A DNA stretch of 64,000 nt from Hyaloraphidium curvatum SAG 235-1 (taxonomy: Eukaryota; Fungi; Monoblepharomycota), in the NCBI GenBank assembly GCA_025558095.1, contig JAIVFI010000002.1, forward strand, positions 1,054,001 to 1,118,000, in the 5' to 3' direction. The translations under genes were made by a program, and so were the position numbers. A model generated the notes under the pieces. It had not been told where the DNA came from. It made no database searches and was given only the letters and a program-made list of their open reading frames with translations. Each line of letters begins with the position of its first letter. Position 1 is the first letter of the stretch. Positions 44,225 to 56,300 of this stretch are shown piece by piece.

Positions 44225-47200
44225 TTACTCGCCCCCGCTTGAATCCTCATCGTTTTCAGTCGCAGCGCCTGTCTTGTAGATTGATTTCTTTGTCCGCTGC
44301 TGCGCGTACCGTGTACCGATAGTGTCGGCGTCCGTCACTTTCTTGTGCACGTCCAACACGGAATACGTGACACGGATGCGAGGACACCAAAGTATCGAGT
44401 CTCCAATGTCCAGTACCTTAAGACCGAGTGCGTTCTCGACTTCTGTGCCAAGGCTCCGGACAGATCTCGCCTCTTCTTTCCATCCGCGCCTCTCCCCCGG
44501 GGGCGGGAAACCGAGGCAATTCAGCATCAAATCATGAAATCCGTTCGACGAAAAGCCGCTGAAAAAGTCACCTGTCTGCACCTTCAAAAGGCCGAGGTCT
44601 CGCGTAGAAGAGAGTGCAGCATTGACCTGCTGACCGGAGAGCGCACGAGACTGGTCGTTCAGCCGGAAAAACAGATCATTATGCGCCTGGAGTTTTGTAT
44701 CGTACGAAATGTTCACGATAGGGCAGCCAAGGACCGTAAGCACGATGGCATTCGTGCCCTCGGCGGTGCTTGACCGCCCAATCTTTTGAAACACATGGAG
44801 GTGACCATGTCCAAGTCGTTGAACCCAACGATCATCGCTCTGCGCGTGCGTGGCGTACTTCGGAATGGCATCATCCGGAACCTGCCCATATCCTTGCGTG
44901 ACAACGTCCAGGAGCCGGAAAGGCCGGGTCATCCGCTCAGCGTGCAGAGGCCTGGCGACGCCTTTAGGAACCTCACCCATTTCCACGACGAACACTCGAT
45001 TGCTCGCAATTCGGTCGCGGGATTGCTTCGCGGCAAGCTTCGATGCAAGCTGGATGTGGCTCATCTTGGACACCAGCATCATGAACTCTTCGCGGTTGAA
45101 CTGCAGATCTTTGGGATGCTGCGGAAAAGATCCAGCAAAGATTGCGAGATCGCCTGGAGGCTCGCACATCCTGTCGCTCTTCCTCATGCGGCTCCCGAGT
45201 GGATGAGGGCTGCGCCACGCCTCGAGGAACTCCTTGGGAGCACCATCAAGCCCCAGAACGGACCACTCGGGCTCAGCAGAGCCTTGCCTGAATGTCACGT
45301 ACTTAGTGAGGAAGGATGCGTATATGATCTTTCCCTCAGCATCACGACGGACCTTCCCCAACTCGTCCATCATGGGCATGAAGAACGCATCGTTAATGGC
45401 GCCGTTGCACGCGGCATCGAGCTGCGCAACAACATCCATAGTCATAATGACGCTCTTGCCTTCAAAAGCTCGATTGGCGATAGCTGCTTGGCCGGGATGC
45501 CCACGAACCCTGAAGTGCGGGCTCGCCGTCGGACCGCTAAGAGACAGGGCCCCCTTTCTGATTGGTCCGATCAGGGGTTTGTATTCGTCCGTGACGATGA
45601 CTTGGCCTTCGTCGCGGACGTGCTTTGCCGATATCGGGTCCGTCAGGATCAGGTCCAGCATCGTGTCACCCTTCGCCTTGAAATCCGCCTCAAAAAAAGG
45701 ACGCCATTCGGCTTCCGTCGGGAGCTGTGAAAAGCTTTTGAACTCCGAAGCAACGTTCAGGTACTTTTGCATCAAGTTCCGAAACTTCTCAAGCTTCTCA
45801 TGCAGCGGTCCCACAGGGCGCGGTTGGACCCGCATGAGGCTGTGCCCCGCCGCGAGCGCGCGCCCGAGCTGGAGCTTGATCTCCTCGTTGCTCACGATGC
45901 CCTTCGTCCTCACTCGACCGTTCAACTTTGAATCGGAACCCCCGTACGAGACGATGATGGGCCGGTCCTTCTTTTGGATGGGGACGGACGGAACAGAGAG
46001 AAACCCCTCCGGGTGCTCATGGATCTCTTCCTGCGGCCAACCCTGCATTGTGTGCTCTCGCACATCATCCGCAATAAGGTTGAGACTGTATTTCAGGAGC
46101 GCGCAAATGCATATGTTTGACACCCTGCCGAGTCCCCGGTGGTTCCTCGAAGCAAACCAGCCGGGGACCCAGAACAGGTCGCTCTCATCAGCCAGCGTGA
46201 CCTTGCACCTATCCATGCCACGATACTTGAGCAGCCTCACGAAGAACGTGAGATGCGTATCAAGGAGCTGGAATGAAGCGTTCTTGTACAGCCCACCGTC
46301 GCCCGGCGTGAATAGCTTCAGCGCCATGGTTCTCATGGTTTCAGTCGTCAGGAACAGAATCGACTTCTTCACGACCTTGTAGTTCGCACTGTAGTCACAT
46401 CCTGGGACAAATATTGTGAACTCCAGGATGCCGGTTGTCTGGCTGACAATGGCGCCGATCGCTAAGTACGGGGAACCAGCCTTCTCTTTCCCACCAGGCG
46501 GGACGACCTGCTTCCGTTCTTTTGCCATGGTCTCGAGCAGGTCGATCGTCTCGGGAAACCGCGAGTCCAGGTTGTGCTCGGCAATCATGGCAGCCAGCTC
46601 CCTCTCGCGCGCCTTCGTGGGCAAGCGCTCCTTCGGTGCCTCGTCCGGATTGCAGTGCTCCCGGATGATCTTGTCCAACGTGGACGGCTTTTCCCGCATG
46701 ATTCCGATTGCACGCAGTGCCTCGCGCGCCTGTTCAGGCGTCTCACTGTCCACATCTTCGCGGTCTTGAACGTCATCGTCCGCCTCTTCCTCCTCGTAGT
46801 CGACGTCACCGAGCATTGTGGGTTCGAGGTAATCATCCCGATCTTTGTCCAGCGAAGCAAGGAACGCATCTCGCTCCGCTTCCGGTAGGGGGGCATTCTG
46901 AGGAGATCTCGATCCCCTTGGCCCACGCCGTCGCTGGCCCGGCCCCGCGGACACAGCGTCTGCGCCTGCCAGTGCATCGTCGAGCGCGTGAGTACGCTGG
47001 AGCCGAGCAACAGCGCCCGCAGCGTCCATTTCTCCTTCCTGCGGATTGGGTCCGGCAGATGATGCCTCGGAGTGAGCGCTCACTGCGCCGCCGGCTTCCG
47101 CCATCGGCACATCTTCGTCACCGCCTACAAACAGTCTGCGGAAAGTGGACAGTCCAGGCTGGGGCGCGGTGGTGGGCTCCACACCCCTCATCGGCGATCC

Positions 47201-47512
47201 CAGGTTACTGCTGCTCGTCATCCGGTAGCGGGGCGGGGACTGCGGCGCCTCCACCATCTCAGACCACATCGCCCATCCGCCCTCCTCATGTTGAAGGTAC
47301 CCGCCTTCGGGAAGGGGGAGGAGAGCCGACGACGTGGGACCCGGGATAGGAGCTGCGCCCGCACCCTGCGGAGGGCCGTGCGCGACTTTTTCCACGTCCA
47401 TCATGTAGTTGCCGTGCGGCGGAGTGGCCGGCACGGTGAACCCGGAGGGGGACAGCGGGGGAGGCCGCGGCCGCGGCGGCGAACTCTCGGGGGCGAGAAT
47501 GTCGGGCTCCAT
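44225..47512 (-). CDS. Large intronless orphan protein (~1095 aa)
   Basis: Uninterrupted ORF with protein-like composition and weaker GC3 bias than neighbours. Acidic/disordered N-terminus; no recognisable domain. Confidence 0.75.
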   Translation of the reverse strand: MEPDILAPESSPPRPRPPPLSPSGFTVPATPPHGNYMMDVEKVAHGPPQGAGAAPIPGPTSSALLPLPEGGYLQHEEGGWAMWSEMVEAPQSPPRYRMTSSSNLGSPMRGVEPTTAPQPGLSTFRRLFVGGDEDVPMAEAGGAVSAHSEASSAGPNPQEGEMDAAGAVARLQRTHALDDALAGADAVSAGPGQRRRGPRGSRSPQNAPLPEAERDAFLASLDKDRDDYLEPTMLGDVDYEEEEADDDVQDREDVDSETPEQAREALRAIGIMREKPSTLDKIIREHCNPDEAPKERLPTKARERELAAMIAEHNLDSRFPETIDLLETMAKERKQVVPPGGKEKAGSPYLAIGAIVSQTTGILEFTIFVPGCDYSANYKVVKKSILFLTTETMRTMALKLFTPGDGGLYKNASFQLLDTHLTFFVRLLKYRGMDRCKVTLADESDLFWVPGWFASRNHRGLGRVSNICICALLKYSLNLIADDVREHTMQGWPQEEIHEHPEGFLSVPSVPIQKKDRPIIVSYGGSDSKLNGRVRTKGIVSNEEIKLQLGRALAAGHSLMRVQPRPVGPLHEKLEKFRNLMQKYLNVASEFKSFSQLPTEAEWRPFFEADFKAKGDTMLDLILTDPISAKHVRDEGQVIVTDEYKPLIGPIRKGALSLSGPTASPHFRVRGHPGQAAIANRAFEGKSVIMTMDVVAQLDAACNGAINDAFFMPMMDELGKVRRDAEGKIIYASFLTKYVTFRQGSAEPEWSVLGLDGAPKEFLEAWRSPHPLGSRMRKSDRMCEPPGDLAIFAGSFPQHPKDLQFNREEFMMLVSKMSHIQLASKLAAKQSRDRIASNRVFVVEMGEVPKGVARPLHAERMTRPFRLLDVVTQGYGQVPDDAIPKYATHAQSDDRWVQRLGHGHLHVFQKIGRSSTAEGTNAIVLTVLGCPIVNISYDTKLQAHNDLFFRLNDQSRALSGQQVNAALSSTRDLGLLKVQTGDFFSGFSSNGFHDLMLNCLGFPPPGERRGWKEEARSVRSLGTEVENALGLKVLDIGDSILWCPRIRVTYSVLDVHKKVTDADTIGTRYAQQRTKKSIYKTGAATENDEDSSGGE

Positions 47513-47564
47513 TGTCCAAGATTCCGCCGCTATTCGCCGGCGCTCTTCAATCAACGCTCCTCCC

Positions 47565-47770
47565 TGCGAGCAACGCTCCAGCGGTCCTGTTGCGCGAGCG
47601 GCGCTCAGCGAAACCTCCCGCGAGCGGCGCTCAGCGAAACCTCCCGCGAGCGGCGCTCAGCGAAACCTCCCGCGAGCGGCGCTCAGCGGTCGTCCCCCGC
47701 GAGCGGCGCTCCAACGGGGCTCCTTGCGAGCAGCGCTCGAGCACTTTACTCCGCGAGCCGCGCTCGAGCG
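47565..47770. repeat. Array of about 8 palindromic GAGCGGCGCTC-type motifs, 26-28 bp period
   Basis: Three exact 26-mers CGCGAGCGGCGCTCAGCGAAACCTCC at 47593, 47619 and 47645, flanked by degenerate copies. Confidence 0.9.
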
Positions 47771-47916
47771 GTCCCAGCGATGTTGATCCCCGACCTGAAG
47801 TCAACCCCTACCCAACCCCAACACGAACGATCCGTCAATTCTCTTTTCTTCGCGGTTCCTCCGCGGCGTCAGCAGCGAAAGCAGAGATACACTAGTTGCA
47901 AGCAGAACACGAGCGA

Positions 47917-49258
47917 TCAGTTTTCCTGTGGCTTTTCCCCCTCTCCTCCGGCCGCCTTTCCTTCGATTGCCCCCAACCTATCCCCTCCACCCCCACCCTG
48001 CTCCGGCCCTTTCTTCGGGTCATCCTCGGGCCTCGGATTCCCCTTCTCATTCACGGGGTGGAAGTTACCCTCGAGATCGACCCACCAGCCCCCAGCAGCC
48101 TTGATGGTGACGAAGGCGGTGTACCCGTCAGAGGTCCAGTACCCCGGCAGCGTCGGATGCACTGGCTTGCCGGCCCTCTTGGCTTCCGCCCAGGCGCTCA
48201 TCATGTTCAGCGCTAGGCGCTTGCGCTCCTCCCTTTTCTCGGCAGTCTCCTTCCAACCCCCCTCGTCAACATCCATCTCGCGCCGCTGGTCTTGGTCGTC
48301 TTGCTTCGCCTCCGCGGCGGTCTCCGGCTTGAACGCGATGTCGGCGACCTGCATCGCTCCGACCGGAACAAGCGCATGGCGGGCGGTGCGGTGCGGTGAC
48401 TGCGAGCGACCCCGGCGATCGGCCCCTCCCTGCTGCGATCCGCCAGCGTGGCCGTCGCGGCGTCCACCGCCGGAGTCGCCGCGAGAAGGGCCGTAACCGC
48501 CGCCGCCTCCTCCGCCGTAGCCGCCTGCGCCGTAGCGCCCGTCGTGGTCCCGTCCGCCGTGTCCGCCTCCGTAGATCGACGCGGAGCCCGGCCCTGCTGG
48601 CGCTCCGTAGCGGTCCCCGCCGCCGCCACCGCCGTACCACGCGTCACCGGAGGGAGAGTAGGGGCTCCGGCCGTGACGAAATGGCTGCGATCTCTCGTCA
48701 CTGGCCGGCCTTTCGTCATTCCGGTTTCGACGCCGGCGCTCGCGAAGGTCTTCCAGGGTCAGCTGGTTCCGCAGCTGCGACAGGAAATCAGAAAGGGCTA
48801 GAACAACACACAGAAATGGGACTAACCTCCTTCGCAAACACGTCCGCCTCGAAGTCGCGCTGCTGCGTCGACTTGCTGTCCAGCTGCTGGCGAACCAGCC
48901 GTTCCGCGACATCGCCGAGATCACCGAGGTACGGATGACCGTGAGATCCACCGCCACGAGCACCTCGACCGCCGCGACCACCGGAACCGCCTCGTCCGCT
49001 GGGAAAGCACAAGAGGGTCGATGGCCGCCAGGCAACGACAGATGATACGGCTCCAACCTGGACGACCTCCTCTGCTGCCTTGGCTCCGCATCTGGCCAGT
49101 CCTCCGGACGAAGAGCATCGCACTTGCAACAGGAATCCTTGCTGCCGAAGACGTACGCCTTGCAGTGCGGGCACTCCCTGCGGGCCGCGTCAGCGCCATG
49201 ACGGGCCTGCGCGCGGCCTAGAGACGTACCAGTCGCCTTTCTTCGGACGTTCGGCCAT
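47917..49258 (-). CDS. RanBP2-type zinc finger plus RGG/GYG low-complexity protein (likely RNA-binding)
   Basis: Splicing intron 49178-49229 gives MAERPKKGDWECPHCKAYVFGSKDSCCKCDALRP. Two more introns join GRGGSGGRGGRG and the Gly/Tyr-rich region. Confidence 0.75.
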
Positions 49259-49584
49259 CGTGACGGAGCGCCAACCGAGGGAAGGTAAAATGCGAAAAGG
49301 AGGCGCTTGTGATGATTCGATGGCGTGAGAAGAGAAACCAGCCCGCGTTCGGAACGCTGACCTGTCCCCCAGGGGGCTTCAACTACCCGCGAATACACGA
49401 ATAGTTGGTGGATTCGTTTATTTCAATCTTCTTTGTTGGCATTTGACGCCCATGGCAACGCCTTGTATGGCAGAGGAGCGTATGGATCCAAAAGAGGTGC
49501 TTTCGCAGCCCTGACATCGACCTCTGCACAGTCGCAGGTACCGTCCCTCCATCGCACCAACGGCTACCATAGGACCACAATTGT

Positions 49585-50010
49585 ATGCGGCAACTTTGTG
49601 CCGCTCCAGCAGCGCGAGGAACCTCGCCCGCTCCTCTCGCCGGAAGCACTCGAGCCTGAAGTCGTCCGAGTGGAACATGGCCGCCCAGTGCGGCGGCAGC
49701 GTCGACAGCAGCTTCGAATCCGGCGGCGGTCCCCGTCCGTCCTCATCAGGATCGGTGGACCACGGGGGGTGGTGCCCGAACGCGAGCACCCGCTTCCCCT
49801 CGTGCTCCGCGAGCGTGCGTTCGAGCCAGGCCCACTGCTGCGCCTTCTCGGCGAGCAGGCCCGATTCCGGGCTCGCGTTGAGGACGACGGTGTCGAGCAG
49901 CACGAGCACGCAGCCCCCGATTTCGGCGGCGGACCAGGTGCTCTCCATCCCGTGGTCGCGGAGGAACTTGCGGTGCGTGGCGTGGTTCCAGATGTCGTGG
50001 TTCATGAAAT
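49585..50010 (-). pseudogene. Fragment of calcineurin-like metallophosphoesterase (CPPED1-like)
   Basis: NHDI, LLDT, QWAWLE..L and GHHPP motifs are present. The N-terminal DxH/GD motifs and the final GHxH are missing. Confidence 0.6.
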
Positions 50011-50334
50011 CGCTCCAAAGGGGATGCGCGGCCTCGGGAAGGTCGCCGGCAGAGGCAGAGGCCTTCGATAGCAGGGCCATGCCACGGCGATGCGGTCGTA
50101 GGCGCACGGGAGGGCGCCGGAGCCTCTCAAAGAAGTGTCGCATGGTGTGGGGCACCCGATTCATCACTTGGTTCGCTCTCGTGCTCGGAAAATGAAGTGC
50201 AGCAAGCTTCTATCTTTCGATGTGCAGATCGGAACATTCCAATGCAGGTAACACTACAGCCCTGCAGCCATGAACAAGGTTCAGTAAGCGTGTCTCGAGA
50301 CACATGCGTGGCCGTCCTCCCGACGGCATCGACT

Positions 50335-53300
50335 CTAGTTCGGTATTTCGATGAAGTCTTGCGACAGGAATGTTTGGCCCGAGGTGATCTGGATGTTCAG
50401 GTACGTGGTCCCGCTGGGCGGCACGGGCCCGTTAATGTACCCGTTCGGTTGCGCTGCCGAGGCCCGGTCAGGCTGCCGAAAAAGAGCGAACGCGCACCGA
50501 CGGAGACCCACTCTCGTAAAGATTCCAGGTGCCCGCAGGAACGGGATTGAACAAGAAAGTCCCCGTTTGAGGCTGCAAGGCAAGCGGGAGGAAGTCAGCG
50601 CGAGCGCACAGAGCTTCCGGGCAAGCGACCCACGTTGGTGAGCTGTGTAAAGCTCCGGAAAACCCCTGTCCAGTCGGTTCCATTTAACGTCATCAAAATC
50701 TGTCCAATTGGCGTGTCGATGACGTCCCCGTCGTACTGCTGATTCCCGTTGTCGTCCGAGTAGATGCGTCCGCCGATCGCCCCGGGCAAAGGGGTGGTCG
50801 AGGTCGTGCGCGTTTGCGACTTGGTGGTGGTCGCCGAACGCGTCGTCGAGGAGAGCGAGGTCTGCCGGGGATGGATATGGATGAGCGCTGTGGCGCAAGG
50901 GGGATCAAAGGCCAAGGACTCACCGATGTCTGCGACTTGGTCGTGCTGCTCCGCGTGAACGAGGTCGTGGAAGATGCCGAGAAGGTGGTCGTTCTGCTAA
51001 GACTCGACGTCGTGAAGGTGGTCGTTCTGCTAAGACTCGTCGTCGAAGTGCGCGTTTGCGACTTGGTGGCCGTCGAACTCGCGGTCGTCGTGCGCGACAG
51101 CGATGTCGTGCTCGTCAGCGACGTAGAACTCGTCCTCGTCAAAGTTCCCGTGCCAGTTGCCGTTCGGGAAGTGCTCCTCGTGAAAGAAGTGGTCGAGGAG
51201 CGCGTCTGTACGCAATGGTCAGTAAATGGGGCACCATGTCGCAAAGACGTGACCCACAAAGCTGGTCGTCGGAGTGCGAGTTTCCGAGACCGTCCTAGTG
51301 CTCGAAGTGCGAGTTTCCGTGACCGTCCTAGTGCTCGACGTGAGAGTTTGAGTGCCAGTGGTGGTCTGAGAAGTCTGCAGGCAAAACTGCGTGAGATGGC
51401 AGAGGCAGACGGCCGTCGCGCAACCAACCGTCCGCGTCCTCGAGGAGGTGGTAGGCGTGGCCGTCCTGGAAGTGCTGGTCCGGCTCGTGCTGCTCGTGCT
51501 GCTCGTCCGCGTCTGCGTCGTGAAGGAAGTGGAGGTGGTCTCGGTGGTCCGGGTCCACAGCACTTAAGGCCCGGTCAGTGCCCGGAAAAGCCAAGACAAA
51601 CAACCCTCAACCCACCGGTCTCGCCAAAGTCATTGTCCAGCTTCGAATCCCCGTTCAGCAGGACCACACCGAGAATCTCCTCCTGGGGGCCTAGCGGCGA
51701 ATTGCTGGCGCCCGCGGGCTGGCGCTGTAAGACGTCGTACGTGCCAGGACGCTGAACGGCAAGAAGAACTTAGAAACGGAGGAAGAATCAACAAGGAGAT
51801 CGCCGTACCAGGTTTGTGATGATCCAGGATCCGTCCGGCTTCGTAATCACGGTGCGGTTGACGAGTTGACCAAGGTCATTGATACCAACAACGTTGATGA
51901 CGCAGCCCGAAATGCCGGTTTCTGAAAAGGTTGGAAGGGGCTGTCAGCCAAGCAAAAGTACGTGGGCATGTGCAACTCACCGCTGTCATCGACGCCGTTC
52001 TCGTTCCAGTCCACGTAGACGCGACCGCCGATCTCTGCAGCCGGTGTGTTCGTGGAGGTCGAGGATGTCCGAGTCTCGCTCGTGGTGGTAGGAGTCTCGG
52101 TTTCGGTGGTCTGGAGGAAGGAGGAAGAAAGTGACGGAAGTTAGAGAGCAGGCCTAGAGGCGGACGAGTTGAGCTAACCGTTGTGGGCGTTTCACTCGTC
52201 GTGCGCGACGACGTGGTTTCGGTCGTCAAGGTCTCCGTCGTCAGCGACTCAGCCGTCACTGTCTCCGTCGTCAACGTCTCCGTGGTCACAGTCTCGCTCG
52301 TGCTGGTTTCCGTCGTGAGCGTCTCGGACGTCGAGCTCGGCGTTTCCGTAGTGAGCGTCTCGGACGTCGAGCTCGGCGTTTCCGTGGTAAGCGTCTCGGA
52401 CGTCGAGCTCGGCGTTTCCGTGGTAAGCGTCTCGGACGTCGAGCTCGGCGTCTCCGTAGTGAGCGTCTCGGACGTCGAGCTGGGCGTCTCCGTGGTAAGC
52501 GTCTCGGACGTCGAGCTCGGCGTCTCCGTAGTGAGCGTCTCGGACGTCGAGCTGGGCGTCTCCGTGGTGAGAGACTCAGACGTCGTGCTCGGTGTCGCCG
52601 ACTCGGAAGTCTGGAATCCGACGAGCATTAGAGCTGTCACTGGTTCGGTAGCAGGCAAAACAAACGAACCGTCGATGACGTGAAGGATTCGGACGTCGTG
52701 CTCGAAGTTGCGGTCTCGGTCGTCTGCGGGAACCAAAAACCAATCAGCAACCACCCGAAGACGTGCACCAAGACGACACAAACCTGCGTCTCCGTCGTGA
52801 GCGAAATCGTGAGCGAGGTCGAGGAGGTGAGCGACTCCGAAGTCGTGCTCGACGTCGCGGACTCCGAGGTCTGCGAGGAAGGCAGCCATGATCAGCACAA
52901 TTCTGGTGGCCAAACGCGAATGTCGCTGACCGTCGACGACGTGCTCGGCGTTTCCGTAGTGAGCGTCTCGGACGTCGAGCTCGGCGTCTCCGTGGTCAGC
53001 GTCTTGGACGTCGAGCTGGGCGTCTCCGTGGTGAGAGACTCAGACGTCGTGCTCGGTGTCGCCGACTCGGAAGTCTGGAATCCGACGAGCATTAGAGCTG
53101 TCACTGGGTTCGGTAGCAGGCAAAACAAACGAACCGTCGATGACGTGAAGGATTCGGACGTCGTGCTCGAAGTTGCGGTCTCGGTCGTCTGCGGGAACCA
53201 AAAACCAATCAGCAACCACCCGAAGACGTGCACCAAGACGACACAAACCTGCGTCTCCGTCGTGAGCGAAATCGTGAGCGAGGTCGAGGAGGTGAGCGAC

Positions 53301-56300
53301 TCCGAAGTCGTGCTCGACGTCGCGGACTCCGAGGTCTGCGAGGAAGGCAGCCATGATCAGCACAATTCTGGTGGCCAAACGCGAATGTCGCTGACCGTCG
53401 ACGACGTGCTCGGCGTTTCCGTAGTGAGCGTCTCGGACGTCGAGCTCGGCGTCTCCGTGGTCAGCGTCTTGGACGTCGAGCTGGGCGTCTCCGTGGTGAG
53501 AGACTCAGACGTCGTGCTCGGTGTCGCCGACTCGGAAGTCTGGAATCCGACGAGCATTAGAGCTGTCACTGGGTTCGGTAGCAGGCAAAACAAACGAACC
53601 GTCGATGACGTGAAGGACTCGGACGTCGTGCTCGAAGTTGCGGTCTCGGTCGTCTGCGGGAACCAAAACCAATCAGCACCCACCCGAAAACGAGCACCAA
53701 GACGACACTAACCTGCGTCTCCGTCGTGAGCGAAATGGTGAGCGAGGTTGACGAAGTGATCGACTCCGAAGTAGTGCTCGACGTCGCGGACTCCGAGGTC
53801 TACGAAGCAAAGTGACATATATCAGTACACACCAAGTGGCGAACGCGCCGCTCACTCACTGTAGTAAGCGTCTCCGTGGTAACGCTTGTGGAAGTCAGGC
53901 TGGACGTCGTGGAGGTCATCTGGATCTCGCCAAAGTCGTTGTCGAGCTTGGAATCGCCATTCAGAAGCACGACGCCGAGAATCTGCGTGCCGGGGCCGAG
54001 CGGCGAGTCCGTGAACCCGGCGGGCTGCACCTCGATCACGTCGTAGGTGCCAGGCCGCAAATTCGGGAACAGGTAGGTGCCGTCGGGGCCGGTGGTCGTC
54101 GTGAGGCTAACCGGGTTGCCGAGGTCATCCGTGCCGACCAGGTTGACCGTCACGCCTGGGATCGGGACCTCGCCATCGTCCACGCCGTTGAGGTTGGCAT
54201 CGACGTAGACGCGGCCACCAAGCTCCGCGGCCGGCGTGGGCGTGCTCGTCGCCGAGGTGAGGCTCGTGGTCGTCTCCGTGTGCTGGATCTCGCCAAAGTC
54301 GTTGTCGAGCTTGGAATCGCCGTTGACCAGCACGACGTTGAGGATCTGCGTGCCGGGGCCGAGGGGCGAGTCCGTGAAGCCCGCGGGCTGCACCTCGAAG
54401 ATGCTGTAGGTGCCAGGCGGCAGGTTCGGGAACAGGTAGGTGCCGTCGGGGCCCGTGGTCGTGGTGAGGCTGACCGGGTTGCCGAGATCGTCCGTGCCGA
54501 CCAGGTTGACCGTCACGCCGGGGATGCCAGTTTCTGGTGGAAGCAAGCAGTCAGGGAAAGATCCGCAATGCCAGTGCGCGCAACTCACCGCCGTCGTCGA
54601 CGCCGTTCAGGTTCGAGTCCACGTAGACGCGGCCTCCGAGCTCCGCGGCCGGCGTGGGCGTGCTCGTGCCGGAGGTAAGGCTCGAGGTCGTCTGCGTCAT
54701 CTGGATCTCGCCAAAGTCGTTGTCGAGCTTGGAATCGCCATTCAGAAGCACGACGCCGAGAATCTGCGTGCCGGGGCCGAGCGGCGAGTCCGTGAACCCG
54801 GCGGGCTGCACCTCGATCACGTCGTAGGTGCCAGGCCGCAAATTCGGGAACAGGTAGGTGCCGTCGGGGCCGGTGGTCGTCGTGAGGCTAACCGGGTTGC
54901 CGAGGTCATCCGTGCCGACCAGGTTGACCGTCACGCCTGGGATCGGGACCTCGCCATCGTCCACGCCGTTGAGGTTGGCATCGACGTAGACGCGGCCACC
55001 AAGCTCCGCGGCCGGCGTGGGCGTGCTCGTCGCCGAGGTGAGGCTCGTGGTCGTCTCCGTGTGCTGGATCTCGCCAAAGTCGTTGTCGAGCTTGGAATCG
55101 CCGTTGACCAGCACGACGTTGAGGATCTGCGTGCCGGGGCCGAGGGGCGAGTCCGTGAAGCCCGCGGGCTGCACCTCGAAGATGCTGTAGGTGCCAGGCG
55201 GCAGGTTCGGGAACAGGTAGGTGCCGTCGGGGCCCGTGGTCGTGGTGAGGCTGACCGGGTTGCCGAGATCGTCCGTGCCGACCAGGTTGACCGTCACGCC
55301 GGGGATGCCAGTTTCTGGTGGAAGCAAGCAGTCAGGGAAAGATCCGCAATGCCAGTGCGCGCAACTCACCGCCGTCGTCGACGCCGTTCAGGTTCGAGTC
55401 CACGTAGACGCGGCCTCCGAGCTCCGCGGCCGGCGTGGGCGTGCTCGTGCCGGAGGTAAGGCTCGAGGTCGTCTGCGTCATCTGGATCTCGCCAAAGTCG
55501 TTGTCGAGCTTGGAATCGCCATTCAGAAGCACGACGCCGAGAATCTGCGTGCCGGGGCCGAGCGGCGAGTCCGTGAACCCGGCGGGCTGCACCTCGATCA
55601 CGTCGTAGGTGCCAGGCCGCAAATTCGGGAACAGGTAGGTGCCGTCGGGGCCGGTGGTCGTCGTGAGGCTAACCGGGTTGCCGAGGTCATCCGTGCCGAC
55701 CAGGTTGACCGTCACGCCTGGGATCGGGACCTCGCCATCGTCCACGCCGTTGAGGTTGGCATCGACGTAGACGCGGCCACCAAGCTCCGCGGCCGGCGTG
55801 GGCGTGCTCGTCGCCGAGGTGAGGCTCGTGGTCGTCTCCGTGTGCTGGATCTCGCCAAAGTCGTTGTCGAGCTTGGAATCGCCGTTGACCAGCACGACGT
55901 TGAGGATCTGCGTGCCGGGGCCGAGGGGCGAGTCCGTGAAGCCCGCGGGCTGCACCTCGAAGATGCTGTAGGTGCCAGGCGGCAGGTTCGGGAACAGGTA
56001 GGTGCCGTCGGGGCCCGTGGTCGTGGTGAGGCTGACCGGGTTGCCGAGATCGTCCGTGCCGACCAGGTTGACCGTCACGCCGGGGATGCCAGTTTCTGGT
56101 GGAAGCAAGCAGTCAGGGAAAGATCCGCAATGCCAGTGCGCGCAACTCACCGCCGTCGTCGACGCCGTTCAGGTTCGAGTCCACGTAGACGCGGCCTCCG
56201 AGCTCCGCGGCCGGCGTGGGCGTGCTCGTGCCGGAGGTAAGGCTCGAGGTCGTCTGCGTCATCTGGATCTCGCCAAAGTCGTTGTCGAGCTTGGAATCGC

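Noticed and set aside
47565-47770. CRISPR-like repeat-spacer array
   Set aside because: Period is only 26-28 bp, inner spacers are identical, there are no cas genes and the context is eukaryotic.
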